A stretch of 64,000 nucleotides of DNA from Brevibacillus sp. (lineage in GTDB: Bacteria > Bacillota > Bacilli > Aneurinibacillales > RAOX-1): positions 5,867-69,866 of the forward strand of contig JAKFCU010000028.1 of the NCBI GenBank assembly GCA_036676475.1, in the 5' to 3' direction. Below the pieces are notes generated by a model. The model was not told the DNA's origin, made no database searches, and worked only from the letters and a program-made list of their open reading frames with translations. Every line of letters starts with the position of its first letter. The stretch's first letter is position 1. The translations under genes were made by a program, and so were the position numbers. Shown here piece after piece: positions 50,831 through 63,436 of this stretch.

Positions 50831-51862
50831 CTATTTATTGGTCTTGCTGAGTGCGATATTACGCAGATGCTCTTGGTAGGTTTTAGAAAAGTAGTGTTCG
50901 CCAGAGCCATCTTTTTTCGTTACATAAAACAGATATCCATGCTGATCCGGATGAATCACCGCTTCAAGGGATGATTTTCCGGGAGCAGCGATCGGACCAG
51001 GGGTTAGTCCTTCATGCTTATACGTATTATAGGGATTGTCCAACTCTAGATCCTTATAAGTCAACCGGCCCTTTGTCTGCCCTAAAGCATACTGTATAGT
51101 GGCATCAGCCTGAAGAAGGATTCCTTGGGCTATGCGATTAAAATACACGCCGGCTACAATCGAACTCTCTTTCTCCACGGCTACCTCCCGCTCAATAATC
51201 GAGGCAAGGGTGACTGCTTGATGAAGAGACATCCCACGTTTTTTAAGTTGGGAATCCCAGTCAGGATTCCATTCCTCCTCAAACTGGGCTAGCATCCGCT
51301 CGATGATTTCATGTTCTGTCGCACCTTTTTTCATCTCGTAGGTTTTGGGAAAAAGATAGCCTTCGAGACGATAGGAAATGGACTCTTTATCGGGGATCGC
51401 TTTAACGAATTCGTAAGCAAATTGTCCATGATTGACTTCATGCAAAAATTTATCCTTATTCACCCATCCTTTTTCTTCAAGGAGGGAAGCAATTTGAACA
51501 ATCGTGAGCCCTTCGGGAATGGTGAACTGGATCGTATCTACATATACTTCACCTTTGATCAATTTGTTCACAATCTGCTCCATTGTCTGTCCAGGAGTCA
51601 TTTGATATCTTCCCGCCTGGAGCTGGCTTCCTTTTCCCATTTGCCGAACATAGATGGAAAAGGTTTGACTATTTCTAACAATGTGGTGCTCTTCTAGTAT
51701 TGATGCGATTTTCTTGGTAGAACTTCCTGTAGGGATTTCAACCACCACTGGCTCATCCGGTTCGGTCGGTTCTAATGAGGCTAAGTAATATTGATAAATC
51801 CCTACCGAACCGCCAACCATGAGGATCAAGATGACCAAGAAAATTTTTATCGCATTTTTCAT
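50831..51862 (-). CDS. mltG: Endolytic murein transglycosylase MltG (YceG family)
   Basis: ATG 51862 lies 7 nt after AGGAGG. N-terminal TM and a YceG domain. Confidence 0.85.
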   Translation of the reverse strand: MKNAIKIFLVILILMVGGSVGIYQYYLASLEPTEPDEPVVVEIPTGSSTKKIASILEEHHIVRNSQTFSIYVRQMGKGSQLQAGRYQMTPGQTMEQIVNKLIKGEVYVDTIQFTIPEGLTIVQIASLLEEKGWVNKDKFLHEVNHGQFAYEFVKAIPDKESISYRLEGYLFPKTYEMKKGATEHEIIERMLAQFEEEWNPDWDSQLKKRGMSLHQAVTLASIIEREVAVEKESSIVAGVYFNRIAQGILLQADATIQYALGQTKGRLTYKDLELDNPYNTYKHEGLTPGPIAAPGKSSLEAVIHPDQHGYLFYVTKKDGSGEHYFSKTYQEHLRNIALSKTNK

Positions 51863-51973
51863 TGAAGTTCCTCCTACCCTTAGGATACCCATGATTAACA
51901 GAGTATAAAAAATGACAACATTCTACATTATACTTCATTTGTGTATCTTTTGGGTATCTTAGTGAGGTATTGG

Positions 51974-52021
51974 AAAAACGAAAAAGCTATGTCGATAACT
52001 CGACATAGCTTTTTCGTTTTT
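51974..52021. terminator. Strong symmetric terminator hairpin downstream of yrzB
   Basis: AAAAACGAAAAAGCTATGTCGA-TAAC-TCGACATAGCTTTTTCGTTTTT, a perfect stem of about 21 bp. Confidence 0.85.
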
Positions 52022-52289
52022 AATCATTAAATTCGGCTTCCAATGTTTCAAAGGTGGCAATGACATTCTCCTGTTCCTCTTCCGACTCAATCGGGTAAAG
52101 GAGGCCGTCCGTCTCATCATAGCGGAGGAAATGAACTTCCACTTCCTCTTGTTCACTTTGATCGTCAGGTACCAAGCAGAGATACGTACGATCTTCAATA
52201 TCAAAAATGTACATGATTTGAAAATCCTGCTCTTCACCGGTCTCATCATCTTCCAAAGTAACCACTTCGCCTACTTCCAATTCATTCAT
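52020..52289 (-). CDS. DUF1292 protein (YrzB-like)
   Basis: 89 aa, acidic, with the pattern ...FQIMYIFDIEDRTYLCLVP... Confidence 0.8.
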   Translation of the reverse strand: MNELEVGEVVTLEDDETGEEQDFQIMYIFDIEDRTYLCLVPDDQSEQEEVEVHFLRYDETDGLLYPIESEEEQENVIATFETLEAEFND

Positions 52290-52305
52290 TTCTGCACCTC
52301 CTTCC

Positions 52306-52716
52306 TTATTTGCGAAAATCCAAATATCCCTGCAAAATCATAACCGCTGCCATCTTATCAATTACTTGTTTTCTCTTTTTCCGGCTGACATCCGCAGCAA
52401 CTAGCATTTTTTCTGCTGCCATCGTGGTTAGGCGCTCATCCCACATATGAACAGGAAGCTCAAATCGTCCTTTTAATAGTTCAGCAAATTCCTGACACAA
52501 TTCTCCGCGATGTCCGATTGAACCGTTCATATTCTTGGGTAGACCCACCACAAATTCTTCTACTTGGTATTGAGCTATAAGCTCATCAAGCCTTTCCATG
52601 TCAGTTTCTAGGGTGTTTCGCTTAATAGTTTCCACTCCTTGCGCCGTCCAGCCCATTTCGTCGCTGACCGCCACACCGATCGTCTTATCCCCTAGATCCA
52701 ACCCCATAATTCGCAT
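52306..52716 (-). CDS. ruvX: Holliday junction resolvase-like RNase RuvX (YrrK)
   Basis: [19 protein letters not shown]. Confidence 0.9.
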   Translation of the reverse strand: MRIMGLDLGDKTIGVAVSDEMGWTAQGVETIKRNTLETDMERLDELIAQYQVEEFVVGLPKNMNGSIGHRGELCQEFAELLKGRFELPVHMWDERLTTMAAEKMLVAADVSRKKRKQVIDKMAAVMILQGYLDFRK

Positions 52717-52737
52717 GGTTTTTCACGATCCTTTGCT

Positions 52738-53004
52738 TTATGAAGTACGGTGTTGAGATAGATAGGAACGTACCAGTTCTTCAATCAATTCATCTCTCTC
52801 TAATTTCCGAATGATGCTGCGAGCGTTATTATGCCTAGGAATATAAGCAGGATCCCCGGAAAGCAAATATCCCACAATTTGATTGATCGGATTATATCCT
52901 TTCTCCTCTAACGCCTCGTACACCGTAAGGAACGCATCCTTCACTTGTACATCTGTTTCGTCTACCTTTAGATTGAATTTCATGGTTCTATCCAACGAAC
53001 TCAT
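52738..53004 (-). CDS. ireB: IreB-family regulatory phosphoprotein (UPF0297, YrzL)
   Basis: [10 protein letters not shown]...[26 protein letters not shown] lies 6 nt after GAGGTG. Confidence 0.85.
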   Translation of the reverse strand: MSSLDRTMKFNLKVDETDVQVKDAFLTVYEALEEKGYNPINQIVGYLLSGDPAYIPRHNNARSIIRKLERDELIEELVRSYLSQHRTS

Positions 53005-53141
53005 CATCAACACCTCTTTTAGTTTCTTCAGTGCGATCATGACTAGATGATCTCCCTCATAGATGAGGTTCAAAAGCTTCCTTCTTACATAATTCGTTAT
53101 ATTAAGGATATATTCCTTTTTATTTTACAGAACTTTGCCAT

Positions 53142-55775
53142 TTATTGTTGAGCAACCCAATCAAACACAAATTGAAGAGCTCCAGGAAGCTGATCTGGAT
53201 TTTTCCCTCCAGCTTGGGCCATGTCAGATCTTCCGCCCCCGCCACCGCCACAACGTGAAGCCACTTCTTTAATCAATTTACCAGCATGCAGTCCCCGATC
53301 GATCAAATCTTTCGTAATGCCAGCCGTCAAATTCACTTTATCCCCTTGTACCGATCCAATAACAACGATGGCTGATCCAAATTTATTTTTCAGATCATCA
53401 ACCATATTGCGCAGGTTTTCCATATCCATTCCGTTCACTTGGGCAGAAAGAACTTGGATTCCATTCACCTCTTTGGCTTGGTCCGTCAAGGATGAAGCTT
53501 CCATATGGCTAAGCTTTCCTTTGAGGGATTCATTTTCTCTCTCTAATTCACGGATTTGAGTTTTCAAGCCGTCCACTCGTTTCGGTACATCAACCAAGGT
53601 AGATTTAAGATCTTGAGCCATCTTACTCAATATATGATACTGGTCATTGAGATATTCATAGGCTGGCCTTCCGCTAACCGCTTCAATTCTTCTTGTGCCG
53701 GCTCCGATACCGCCTTCGCTGATAATTTTAAACAGACCAATTTCAGCCGTATTTTGAACATGACACCCACCACAAAGTTCTAGGCTATAGTCCCCTACTT
53801 GAACGACGCGAACCACATCGCCATATTTTTCTCCGAACAGCGCCATGGCTCCCATCGCTTTCGCTTCTTGGATTCCCTTTTGCATAATCGAAACATCAAT
53901 CTGCTCCCAAATTTTTTGGTTCACAAGTCCCTCAATGATTTCAAGCTCAGATGGGCTGATGTTGCTAATATGGGTAAAGTCAAATCGCAGGCGATCCGGG
54001 GCAACCAGAGATCCCGCCTGGTTTACGTGCTCTCCTAATACATCTTTCAAAGCGCGATGCAGAAGATGTGTTGCCGTATGATTTCTAATAATGCTGGATC
54101 TAGATGAAAGGTCTACGATTGCTTCTACCGTGTCCCCAACTTTAATCGCTCCTTGTTGAACGATAGCTTGTTGAATATGTTGGCCATTCGGTCCTTTTTG
54201 AACCCCATCAACCATCAATTGCGTGTTCCCGCTTGTAATAATTCCTTTATCTGCGATCTGTCCGCCGCTTTCCGCATAGAAAGGGGTGCGATCCAAGATT
54301 AATTGGCAGATTTGTCCCTCTGAAACGAAATCTACAGATTGATTATTCAAAATGAGAGCCTCTACTTTGGAGCTTGTTACCAATTCATTATACCCAACAA
54401 ATTCACTCTTAACCTTGATATCCGCTAGAATTCCGCCCTGAACTTTCATGCTGTCGACGTCTTGGCGAGCTGCCCGGGCACGAGCACGCTGTTCCTCCAT
54501 GGCTTGCTCGAAGCCGTCCCGATCGATAGAGAATTGATTTTCCAAGGCAAAGTCTTCTGTTAAGTCGATTGGAAAACCATAGGTATCATAAAGTCGGAAA
54601 GATTCTTGCCCTGAAAGCTGATCTCGGCCTTCTTTTTTAGCTAGTTGAATCATTTCTTCCAAAATGGCCAAACCTTCATTCAGTGTTTCATGGAATCGCT
54701 CTTCTTCTCCGCGAACTACTTTTTCAATGAATTCTCTCTTTTCCACAACATCGGGGTAGTAATCACCCATAATATTTCCTACTACAGCCACAAGCTGATA
54801 CAAGAACGGCTTGTCTATACCTAATACCTTGCCATAGCGGACAGCACGGCGAAGCAATCGACGTATGACATAGCCGCGTCCCTCATTCGACGGAAGCGCT
54901 CCATCCCCAATGGAAAAAGCCACCGTCCTTACATGGTCCGCAATCACCTTGAGGGCAATGTCGGTATCCACGCTGTTTTTATAACTTACTTTGCAAATCT
55001 CGCTCGCGGCTTGAATAATAGGAAACAATAGGTCCGTCTCATAGTTATTATCCACATCCTGTATAACGGAAGCCATCCGTTCAAGTCCCATTCCCGTATC
55101 GATATTCTTCTTCGGTAAAGGCGTATAGGAGCCGTCACTGTTATGGTTATATTGGGAGAATACCAAATTCCAAATTTCCAAATAACGTTCATTTTCTCCT
55201 CCGGGATAAAGTTCAGGGTCGCTCAGATCATTCCCGAAGCTTTCTCCGCGATCAAAGAAAATTTCACTGTTCGGGCCACAAGGGCCTTCTCCGATATCCC
55301 AGAAATTCCCTTCCAAACGGATAATTCTTTCTTCTGGAATTCCCACTTTCTTATTCCAGATTTCAAAAGCTTCATCATCCTCAGGATGGATGGTTACAGA
55401 TAACTTTTCAGGATCAAAGGCAATCCAATCCGGGCCCGTCAAAAATTCCCAAGCCCAAAGAATAGACTCTTCTTTGAAATAATCACCGATGGAAAAGTTT
55501 CCAAGCATTTCAAAAAAAGTATGGTGTCTGGCAGTTTTCCCTACATTTTCAATATCATTGGTTCTGAGGGACTTTTGCGAATTGGCAATGCGCGGATTAT
55601 CTGGAATCACGGTTCCATCAAAGTATTTCTTCAATGGGGCCATTCCACAGTTAATCCATAATAAAGACGGATCATCATGGGGCACTAGCGGAGCACTTGG
55701 CTCGATTCGATGACCTTTAGATTTAAAAAAGTCTAAAAACATTTGTCGAATTTCACTCGAGTTTAGCTTCTTCAT
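53142..55775 (-). CDS. alaS: Alanine--tRNA ligase
   Basis: 877 aa from ATG 55775, 8 nt after GGAGG. Has class II AlaRS motifs, editing-domain HxxxH and a C-terminal GGGGG tract. Confidence 0.96.
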   Translation of the reverse strand: MKKLNSSEIRQMFLDFFKSKGHRIEPSAPLVPHDDPSLLWINCGMAPLKKYFDGTVIPDNPRIANSQKSLRTNDIENVGKTARHHTFFEMLGNFSIGDYFKEESILWAWEFLTGPDWIAFDPEKLSVTIHPEDDEAFEIWNKKVGIPEERIIRLEGNFWDIGEGPCGPNSEIFFDRGESFGNDLSDPELYPGGENERYLEIWNLVFSQYNHNSDGSYTPLPKKNIDTGMGLERMASVIQDVDNNYETDLLFPIIQAASEICKVSYKNSVDTDIALKVIADHVRTVAFSIGDGALPSNEGRGYVIRRLLRRAVRYGKVLGIDKPFLYQLVAVVGNIMGDYYPDVVEKREFIEKVVRGEEERFHETLNEGLAILEEMIQLAKKEGRDQLSGQESFRLYDTYGFPIDLTEDFALENQFSIDRDGFEQAMEEQRARARAARQDVDSMKVQGGILADIKVKSEFVGYNELVTSSKVEALILNNQSVDFVSEGQICQLILDRTPFYAESGGQIADKGIITSGNTQLMVDGVQKGPNGQHIQQAIVQQGAIKVGDTVEAIVDLSSRSSIIRNHTATHLLHRALKDVLGEHVNQAGSLVAPDRLRFDFTHISNISPSELEIIEGLVNQKIWEQIDVSIMQKGIQEAKAMGAMALFGEKYGDVVRVVQVGDYSLELCGGCHVQNTAEIGLFKIISEGGIGAGTRRIEAVSGRPAYEYLNDQYHILSKMAQDLKSTLVDVPKRVDGLKTQIRELERENESLKGKLSHMEASSLTDQAKEVNGIQVLSAQVNGMDMENLRNMVDDLKNKFGSAIVVIGSVQGDKVNLTAGITKDLIDRGLHAGKLIKEVASRCGGGGGGRSDMAQAGGKNPDQLPGALQFVFDWVAQQ

Positions 55776-55795
55776 CCTATAAACCTCCAAAAAAT

Positions 55796-56045
55796 AAAAT
55801 AAAAAACCCTCATCCCAAAATCAGGGACGAGAGTTATTCTCACGCGGTACCACCCTGGTTGCTATCCGAAGAAAATATCCGGGAAGCCTCCTTCAGGACC
55901 ATAACGGGGTCAACCGGCAGGGGTTAGCTGCTCTCTGGATTAGCATTCAACCAGGTTCTTCTAGACGCCCTTACACCCGGGGAGCATCCTCTCTGCAAAG
56001 AAGAATTCAAGGTTTACTGGATCCTTCATCAATCAATCATATTCT
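55796..56045 (-). promoter_or_regulatory. T-box riboswitch leader (Ala specifier GCU) of alaS
   Basis: On the minus strand, the specifier loop GAAUGCUAA has its codon at 55942-55944. The T-box AACCAGGGTGGTACCGCG lies at 55843-55860. A terminator hairpin plus U-run lies at about 55800-55833. Confidence 0.85.
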
Positions 56046-56051
56046 TTTGAC

Positions 56052-56080
56052 ATTATAATTTTTCCAATTTACAATGTCAA
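56052..56080 (-). promoter_or_regulatory. Consensus SigA promoter for the alaS leader
   Basis: On the minus strand, TTGACA (56080-56075), 17-nt spacer, TATAAT (56057-56052). The -35 overlaps the stop of the upstream permease gene. Confidence 0.7.
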
Positions 56081-57150
56081 TGTTTAACCAAATGTAAGAT
56101 AACATGGTGAAGGGTGACCCTCAGGATCGCTACTACGGGAACCGCAAAAATCAAACCCAACAAGCCTCCCACTGCCCCTCCAATTAGAAGGGCAAAGATG
56201 ATCAAGATGGGGTGAAGATGTAGTCTCTTCCCCATGATCCAAGGGGAAATGAGATTCCCTTCTAATACTTGGACGATAAGATTCACTACGATAACCCATA
56301 ATGTTATTTTCCATGAAATGGTCAGAGCGACTAAAACGGAAGGAGCTGCTCCAATCATAGGTCCAAAATAAGGAATGATATTCGTGATAGTAATCAGAAG
56401 GGCCAAAATTAGGGCATATGGCATGTCAATCAACCAATAACCAATGTACGCCAGTACACCCACAATAAAACATACCAACAATTGTCCAGCAATATAATTA
56501 CCTAATGCTTGATCAATATCAGCAAATAGCTTGGCAAATTCCTTTCTCTTCTGTCCGGGAACAAGTAAAAGGACACCCTTTTGTAGCATTTTCATGTCCT
56601 TTAACAAATAAAAAACCAAAAAGGGGATCACCAAAAAGTGGATCATGCTCGATAAGACTTCACTCGCTCCATTCAGGAGCCTGGTAAAGAAAGCAGAGGT
56701 TTTCTTATCGGCATTAAGTAAGGCTTGATCGACGCTAATCCGCATACTATCGGGCAAATCATGCTTGTGATTATTGACTTCATACATCCAGCCTTGGTAG
56801 GTCTTCACGAGGTCTGGAACGTGCTCAATCAAATCTTTCGATTGCTTCATGAAAGCGGGTATGGCATTCATGAAAAAAACGATGAATAATAAAGAAAAAG
56901 AAAAATAAATGAGGATGACAGCTATTCCTCTTGGAATATTCCGTTGGTGCAGTAAAGTGACAATAGGGTTCAACAGATAGGCAATAATGACAGCTATGAC
57001 TAAAGGGCTGAAGACCGCTTTAAAAATCACCCAAACCCATCCAAAATAAGGGGAAAGCTTCATCACCAAATAGATAGATCCTAAAACCATTAGACATAAT
57101 GTCAAATAGATCAGGAGCCTGATAAGCTTTTGATGAGATTCCTGCTCCAC
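56077..57150 (-). CDS. AI-2E family transporter (PerM/YrrI-like permease)
   Basis: 357 aa, polytopic, with the typical AI-2E C-terminal half. Confidence 0.8.
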   Translation of the reverse strand: MEQESHQKLIRLLIYLTLCLMVLGSIYLVMKLSPYFGWVWVIFKAVFSPLVIAVIIAYLLNPIVTLLHQRNIPRGIAVILIYFSFSLLFIVFFMNAIPAFMKQSKDLIEHVPDLVKTYQGWMYEVNNHKHDLPDSMRISVDQALLNADKKTSAFFTRLLNGASEVLSSMIHFLVIPFLVFYLLKDMKMLQKGVLLLVPGQKRKEFAKLFADIDQALGNYIAGQLLVCFIVGVLAYIGYWLIDMPYALILALLITITNIIPYFGPMIGAAPSVLVALTISWKITLWVIVVNLIVQVLEGNLISPWIMGKRLHLHPILIIFALLIGGAVGGLLGLIFAVPVVAILRVTLHHVILHLVKH

Positions 57151-57209
57151 ATATCATGCCCCCGATTCTTGAAAATTTCTTTTTATTGTTTCCACAATAG
57201 ATTAAAATA

Positions 57210-57261
57210 TAAGAAAGCTACTGGCGTAGCTTTATGCGTATAATACTTGACCGATAAGTAT
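57210..57261 (+). repeat. ~52-nt two-hairpin intergenic repeat (copy 8)
   Basis: TAAGAAAGCTACTGGCGTAGCTTTATGCGTATAATACTTGACCGATAAGTAT. Confidence 0.9.
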
Positions 57262-57294
57262 GAATAGGGGGCCATTTAAGAGGCCCCCCTAATC

Positions 57295-57507
57295 TTACCG
57301 CAACATTCCTTTAACCATTCGAAATCCGGATTTGATCATCATGGGTGATATGGGCAGTCGCATCCCCTTAATGCGTTGCATGCTGTCTGTGCTCCATTGC
57401 ATCGCTTTTTGCATCGGCGTTTTTCTTCTTCGCGGAAGCATCCAGCTAACGATTGCTACAGCCACTGCTCCCATCCCTACCATCCAAGACATGCGTTTGT
57501 TTCTCAT
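57295..57507 (-). CDS. Small Met/Arg/Lys-rich membrane protein (70 aa)
   Basis: ATG 57507 lies 6 nt after GGAGGA and overlaps the upstream stop as ATGA. One TM, WMVGMGAVAVAIVSWML. Confidence 0.5.
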   Translation of the reverse strand: MRNKRMSWMVGMGAVAVAIVSWMLPRRRKTPMQKAMQWSTDSMQRIKGMRLPISPMMIKSGFRMVKGMLR

Positions 57508-58037
57508 ATTCCATCCTCCCCTTCGCATAGATCGGTGCTGCTGTTTTCTATCATGGAACCACTTGTGATGGGCAGTACGACAGCGTCTTCGCCGATTTTG
57601 GTCCGTTCGACGTGTTTGACCGCCTTTCGTCCCTCCATGATATCGGAAAGTAAACCATCTGATAATTCATAGCCTACAATAGATCCAAACTCTGTTTGAA
57701 AATAGATATCCTCGACTTGGCCTAAGCGGTGACCATTGGCTGTAATAAGAGGTTTACCCATCATTTTTATGGGACCCGTTTTCACACCATTTAAATGATC
57801 GATTCCTTGGATAGGCAGCATCATTTCCTCATCCGCGATCGTAACATAATCATGGCCTATGGCATGAATGGAATGCGTTGGGATAAATCGGCCCCTGCGA
57901 AACATGGCTTTGACTTCAATGAGAAGGCCTTGAAATGTCAAATCCTCGTCAAACAAAACGTCGCGAACAACTCCCCGTTCTTCTCCCGCTTCCAGGTCAA
58001 GAACAGGCAAGCCAATCACATCATTCGCTTTGTACAC
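57504..58037 (-). CDS. PRC-barrel domain protein (YrrD-like)
   Basis: 177 aa with two PRC-barrel-like halves (DVIGLPVLDLEAGEERGVVRDVLFD). Confidence 0.7.
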   Translation of the reverse strand: MYKANDVIGLPVLDLEAGEERGVVRDVLFDEDLTFQGLLIEVKAMFRRGRFIPTHSIHAIGHDYVTIADEEMMLPIQGIDHLNGVKTGPIKMMGKPLITANGHRLGQVEDIYFQTEFGSIVGYELSDGLLSDIMEGRKAVKHVERTKIGEDAVVLPITSGSMIENSSTDLCEGEDGI

Positions 58038-58092
58038 GGGAAGACCCTCCTTCCGCTTCCTTAGTGTATGGAAACGGGGGAGGGTCTATGAT

Positions 58093-61015
<2,923 letters not shown>

Positions 61016-61062
61016 CTCACTTCACCATTCCTCTATTGCAAGCTATAAGTAAACATTTTCTT

Positions 61063-61482
61063 TTAAATATAGAACATATAGGAGTTTCTAGCTCCATCAT
61101 CCTGGTATGAAATAAGATCCTGCAGTGTAGTGGAATCGAGCACATCGGATATGGCATCTCGAATCTTGAGCCACAAATTTCTCTTTGCCGGATCTTCCTC
61201 TACCTCAAACTCAACTGGACTTATTGGACCTTCTAGTACACGAATAATATCACCCGCCTTAATCTCTTCCGGTTTTTTGGTTAAAATATATCCACCATAG
61301 GCCCCACGAATGCTTTTTACCAATTCTGCATTTCGGAGTGGAGCTACCAGCTGCTCCAAATAGTGCTCAGACAGATCATGTCGCTGAGCGATGGTTTTCA
61401 ATGAAGTAGGACCTTCTCCAAAGCGTTGGGCTAATTCCATCATAATAGTTAATCCATAACGTCCTTTGGTTGAAATTTTCAT
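61063..61482 (-). CDS. cymR: Rrf2-family cysteine metabolism repressor
   Basis: MKISTKGRYGLTIMMELA Rrf2 N-terminus. Conserved cymR-iscS-mnmA order. Confidence 0.85.
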   Translation of the reverse strand: MKISTKGRYGLTIMMELAQRFGEGPTSLKTIAQRHDLSEHYLEQLVAPLRNAELVKSIRGAYGGYILTKKPEEIKAGDIIRVLEGPISPVEFEVEEDPAKRNLWLKIRDAISDVLDSTTLQDLISYQDDGARNSYMFYI

Positions 61483-61877
61483 CCTCTACTCTCCCCTTTC
61501 ATTTATCTTATTTTTATGTTTGTATCCCCATGAAGCTTTCATAAATCGCTTTATATCCTTCTCTTTCATTTTTCCATGATGGGATTGTAAATAATCCTTA
61601 ATCTTTATTCTAGTCCATTTTCTGTTGGAAGGTAAAAGGTGTTGGAGGAATCATCTGGAAGATAAGATTGTTTGACAAAATTCCCTGGAAGATCAAGTGG
61701 AAAGTAATCCTCTTTCCATATTCCTATAGGGTCTGTGAATCAACTCAACCTATATTACAACAACTATACTCTTGGATAAAGTTAATGTAAAGTATTCAAA
61801 TCGGGATTCATTCTTTATACCATTAATATGGATCTATGTTTGAGGTGTTCCCCCATGTATCGTATTATTAAATCATG

Positions 61878-61979
61878 TAAGAAAGCTACTGGCCGTAGCC
61901 CTATGCGTATAACACTTGACTGATAAGTGTAAGAAAGCTACTGGCGTAGCCTTAGTGTATAACACTTTCCGATAAGTAT
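61878..61979 (+). repeat. Head-to-tail doublet of the ~52-nt repeat (copies 9 and 10)
   Basis: Copies at 61878-61929 (loop variant GACTGAT) and 61930-61979 (loop variant TTCCGAT). The doublet ends 33 nt upstream of the rarA ATG. Confidence 0.9.
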
Positions 61980-62011
61980 AAAAAACAAGCCAACATGGAT
62001 AAGGATGTTTG

Positions 62012-63271
62012 ATGATGGATCTATTCGATTTTAAAAGTCAAGAAATGAATGCCCACCGCCCCCTTGCAGAAAGAATGCGCCCCAGAAACTTAGACGAGTT
62101 TTTCGGACAAAAACATCTCTTTGGAAAAGGAAAAGTATTAAGAAATTTAATTGAGAGTGATAAAGTTACATCCATGCTCCTCCAAGGGCCCCCCTCCAGT
62201 GGAAAAACCAGCCTTGCCTTTATCATCAGTCAAATGACTGAATCGGAGTTTATTAAATTGAACGCCGTATCGATGGGTCTAGCTGATTTAAAAGAAACCA
62301 TTCAAAGGGCAAAAGATAACAAACGTTTATACAATAAAAGTACCATTCTCTTCATCGATGAAATCCATGCGATGAAAAGTAATGTACAAATGGCCTTGTT
62401 ACCCGTTGTTGAAGACGGGACACTTGTCCTTATTGGAGCCACCACCGAATCGGTGATGCATGATATTATTCCCCCACTGGTATCTAGATGCCGAGTATAT
62501 CACCTTTCTCCCCTTTCTAAGGATGAATTAAAAGAAACTATCCATATTGCCCTTACGGAGAAGGAGCGCGGTCTAGGTGAAGAAAATCTATCCATGACAG
62601 ATGACGCCCTAGAATATCTGATTGATGTTTGCAATGGCGATATAAGAAATGCCCTCAGCGCCCTTGAAACAGCTTCCTATTCCCTTTGGAATAGCAAAGA
62701 AATTACATTGGAACACGTTAAAGAAGCTTATCAGCTTAGATTAAATAATACATCAACCTCTGATTTTTATAATCTTACTTCAGCCTTTATCAAAAGTATG
62801 AGAGCAGGTCAATCTGATGCTGCCCTTTATTGGCTAGCCCGTTTGCTTTATGCAGGTGTGGATCCACTCTATATTGCTAGACGAATAGTCGTCCATTCTG
62901 CTGAAGATGTAGGGATGGCTAACCCACACGCTTTACAAATGGCCATTGCAGCCAAGCAAGCCACCGAATTTATCGGAATGCCTGAAGCACGCATCCCCTT
63001 AGCTGAAGCGGTGATATACATATGTGAATCCCCAAAGTCTAACTCGGCTTATAAAGCGATAAATAAGGCTATGGAGGTCGTGAAAAACAATCGGTCTTAT
63101 GATGTTCCTAACGACATAAAAGATGGTTCAAAGACCTATGTAAACCCGATAGATCGTCCTCATAGCTCGATGCAATACTTACCTCCTGAACTCAAAGGCA
63201 CCACATTCTATTTGCCACAAGATTCAGGTATAGAAGCTAAGATATTCAATAAGTATAAAGAAAAAAAATAG
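62012..63271 (+). CDS. rarA: Replication-associated recombination protein A (AAA+ ATPase)
   Basis: Walker A GPPSSGKTS and an MgsA C-terminal domain. ATG 62012 lies 6 nt after AAGGA. Confidence 0.9.
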   Translation: MMDLFDFKSQEMNAHRPLAERMRPRNLDEFFGQKHLFGKGKVLRNLIESDKVTSMLLQGPPSSGKTSLAFIISQMTESEFIKLNAVSMGLADLKETIQRAKDNKRLYNKSTILFIDEIHAMKSNVQMALLPVVEDGTLVLIGATTESVMHDIIPPLVSRCRVYHLSPLSKDELKETIHIALTEKERGLGEENLSMTDDALEYLIDVCNGDIRNALSALETASYSLWNSKEITLEHVKEAYQLRLNNTSTSDFYNLTSAFIKSMRAGQSDAALYWLARLLYAGVDPLYIARRIVVHSAEDVGMANPHALQMAIAAKQATEFIGMPEARIPLAEAVIYICESPKSNSAYKAINKAMEVVKNNRSYDVPNDIKDGSKTYVNPIDRPHSSMQYLPPELKGTTFYLPQDSGIEAKIFNKYKEKK

Positions 63272-63283
63272 CAACATGAATAA

Positions 63284-63316
63284 AGGGGATTGTCTTAAAT
63301 GACAATCCCCTTTTTA
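63284..63316 (+). terminator. Rho-independent terminator of rarA
   Basis: AGGGGATTGTC-N6-GACAATCCCCT followed by TTTTT. Confidence 0.85.
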
Positions 63317-63417
63317 TACTTATCGGAAAGTATTATACGCATAAGGCTACGCCAGTAGCTTTCTTATACTTATCAGTCAAGTATTATACGCATTTGGCTA
63401 CGCCAGTAGCTTTCTTA
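63316..63417 (-). repeat. Head-to-tail doublet of the ~52-nt repeat in reverse orientation (copies 11 and 12)
   Basis: The reverse complement gives the GACTGAT variant followed by the TTCCGAT variant, the same internal order as the 61878-61979 doublet. Confidence 0.9.
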
Positions 63418-63436
63418 TCTATTTCACGTTATTTTT

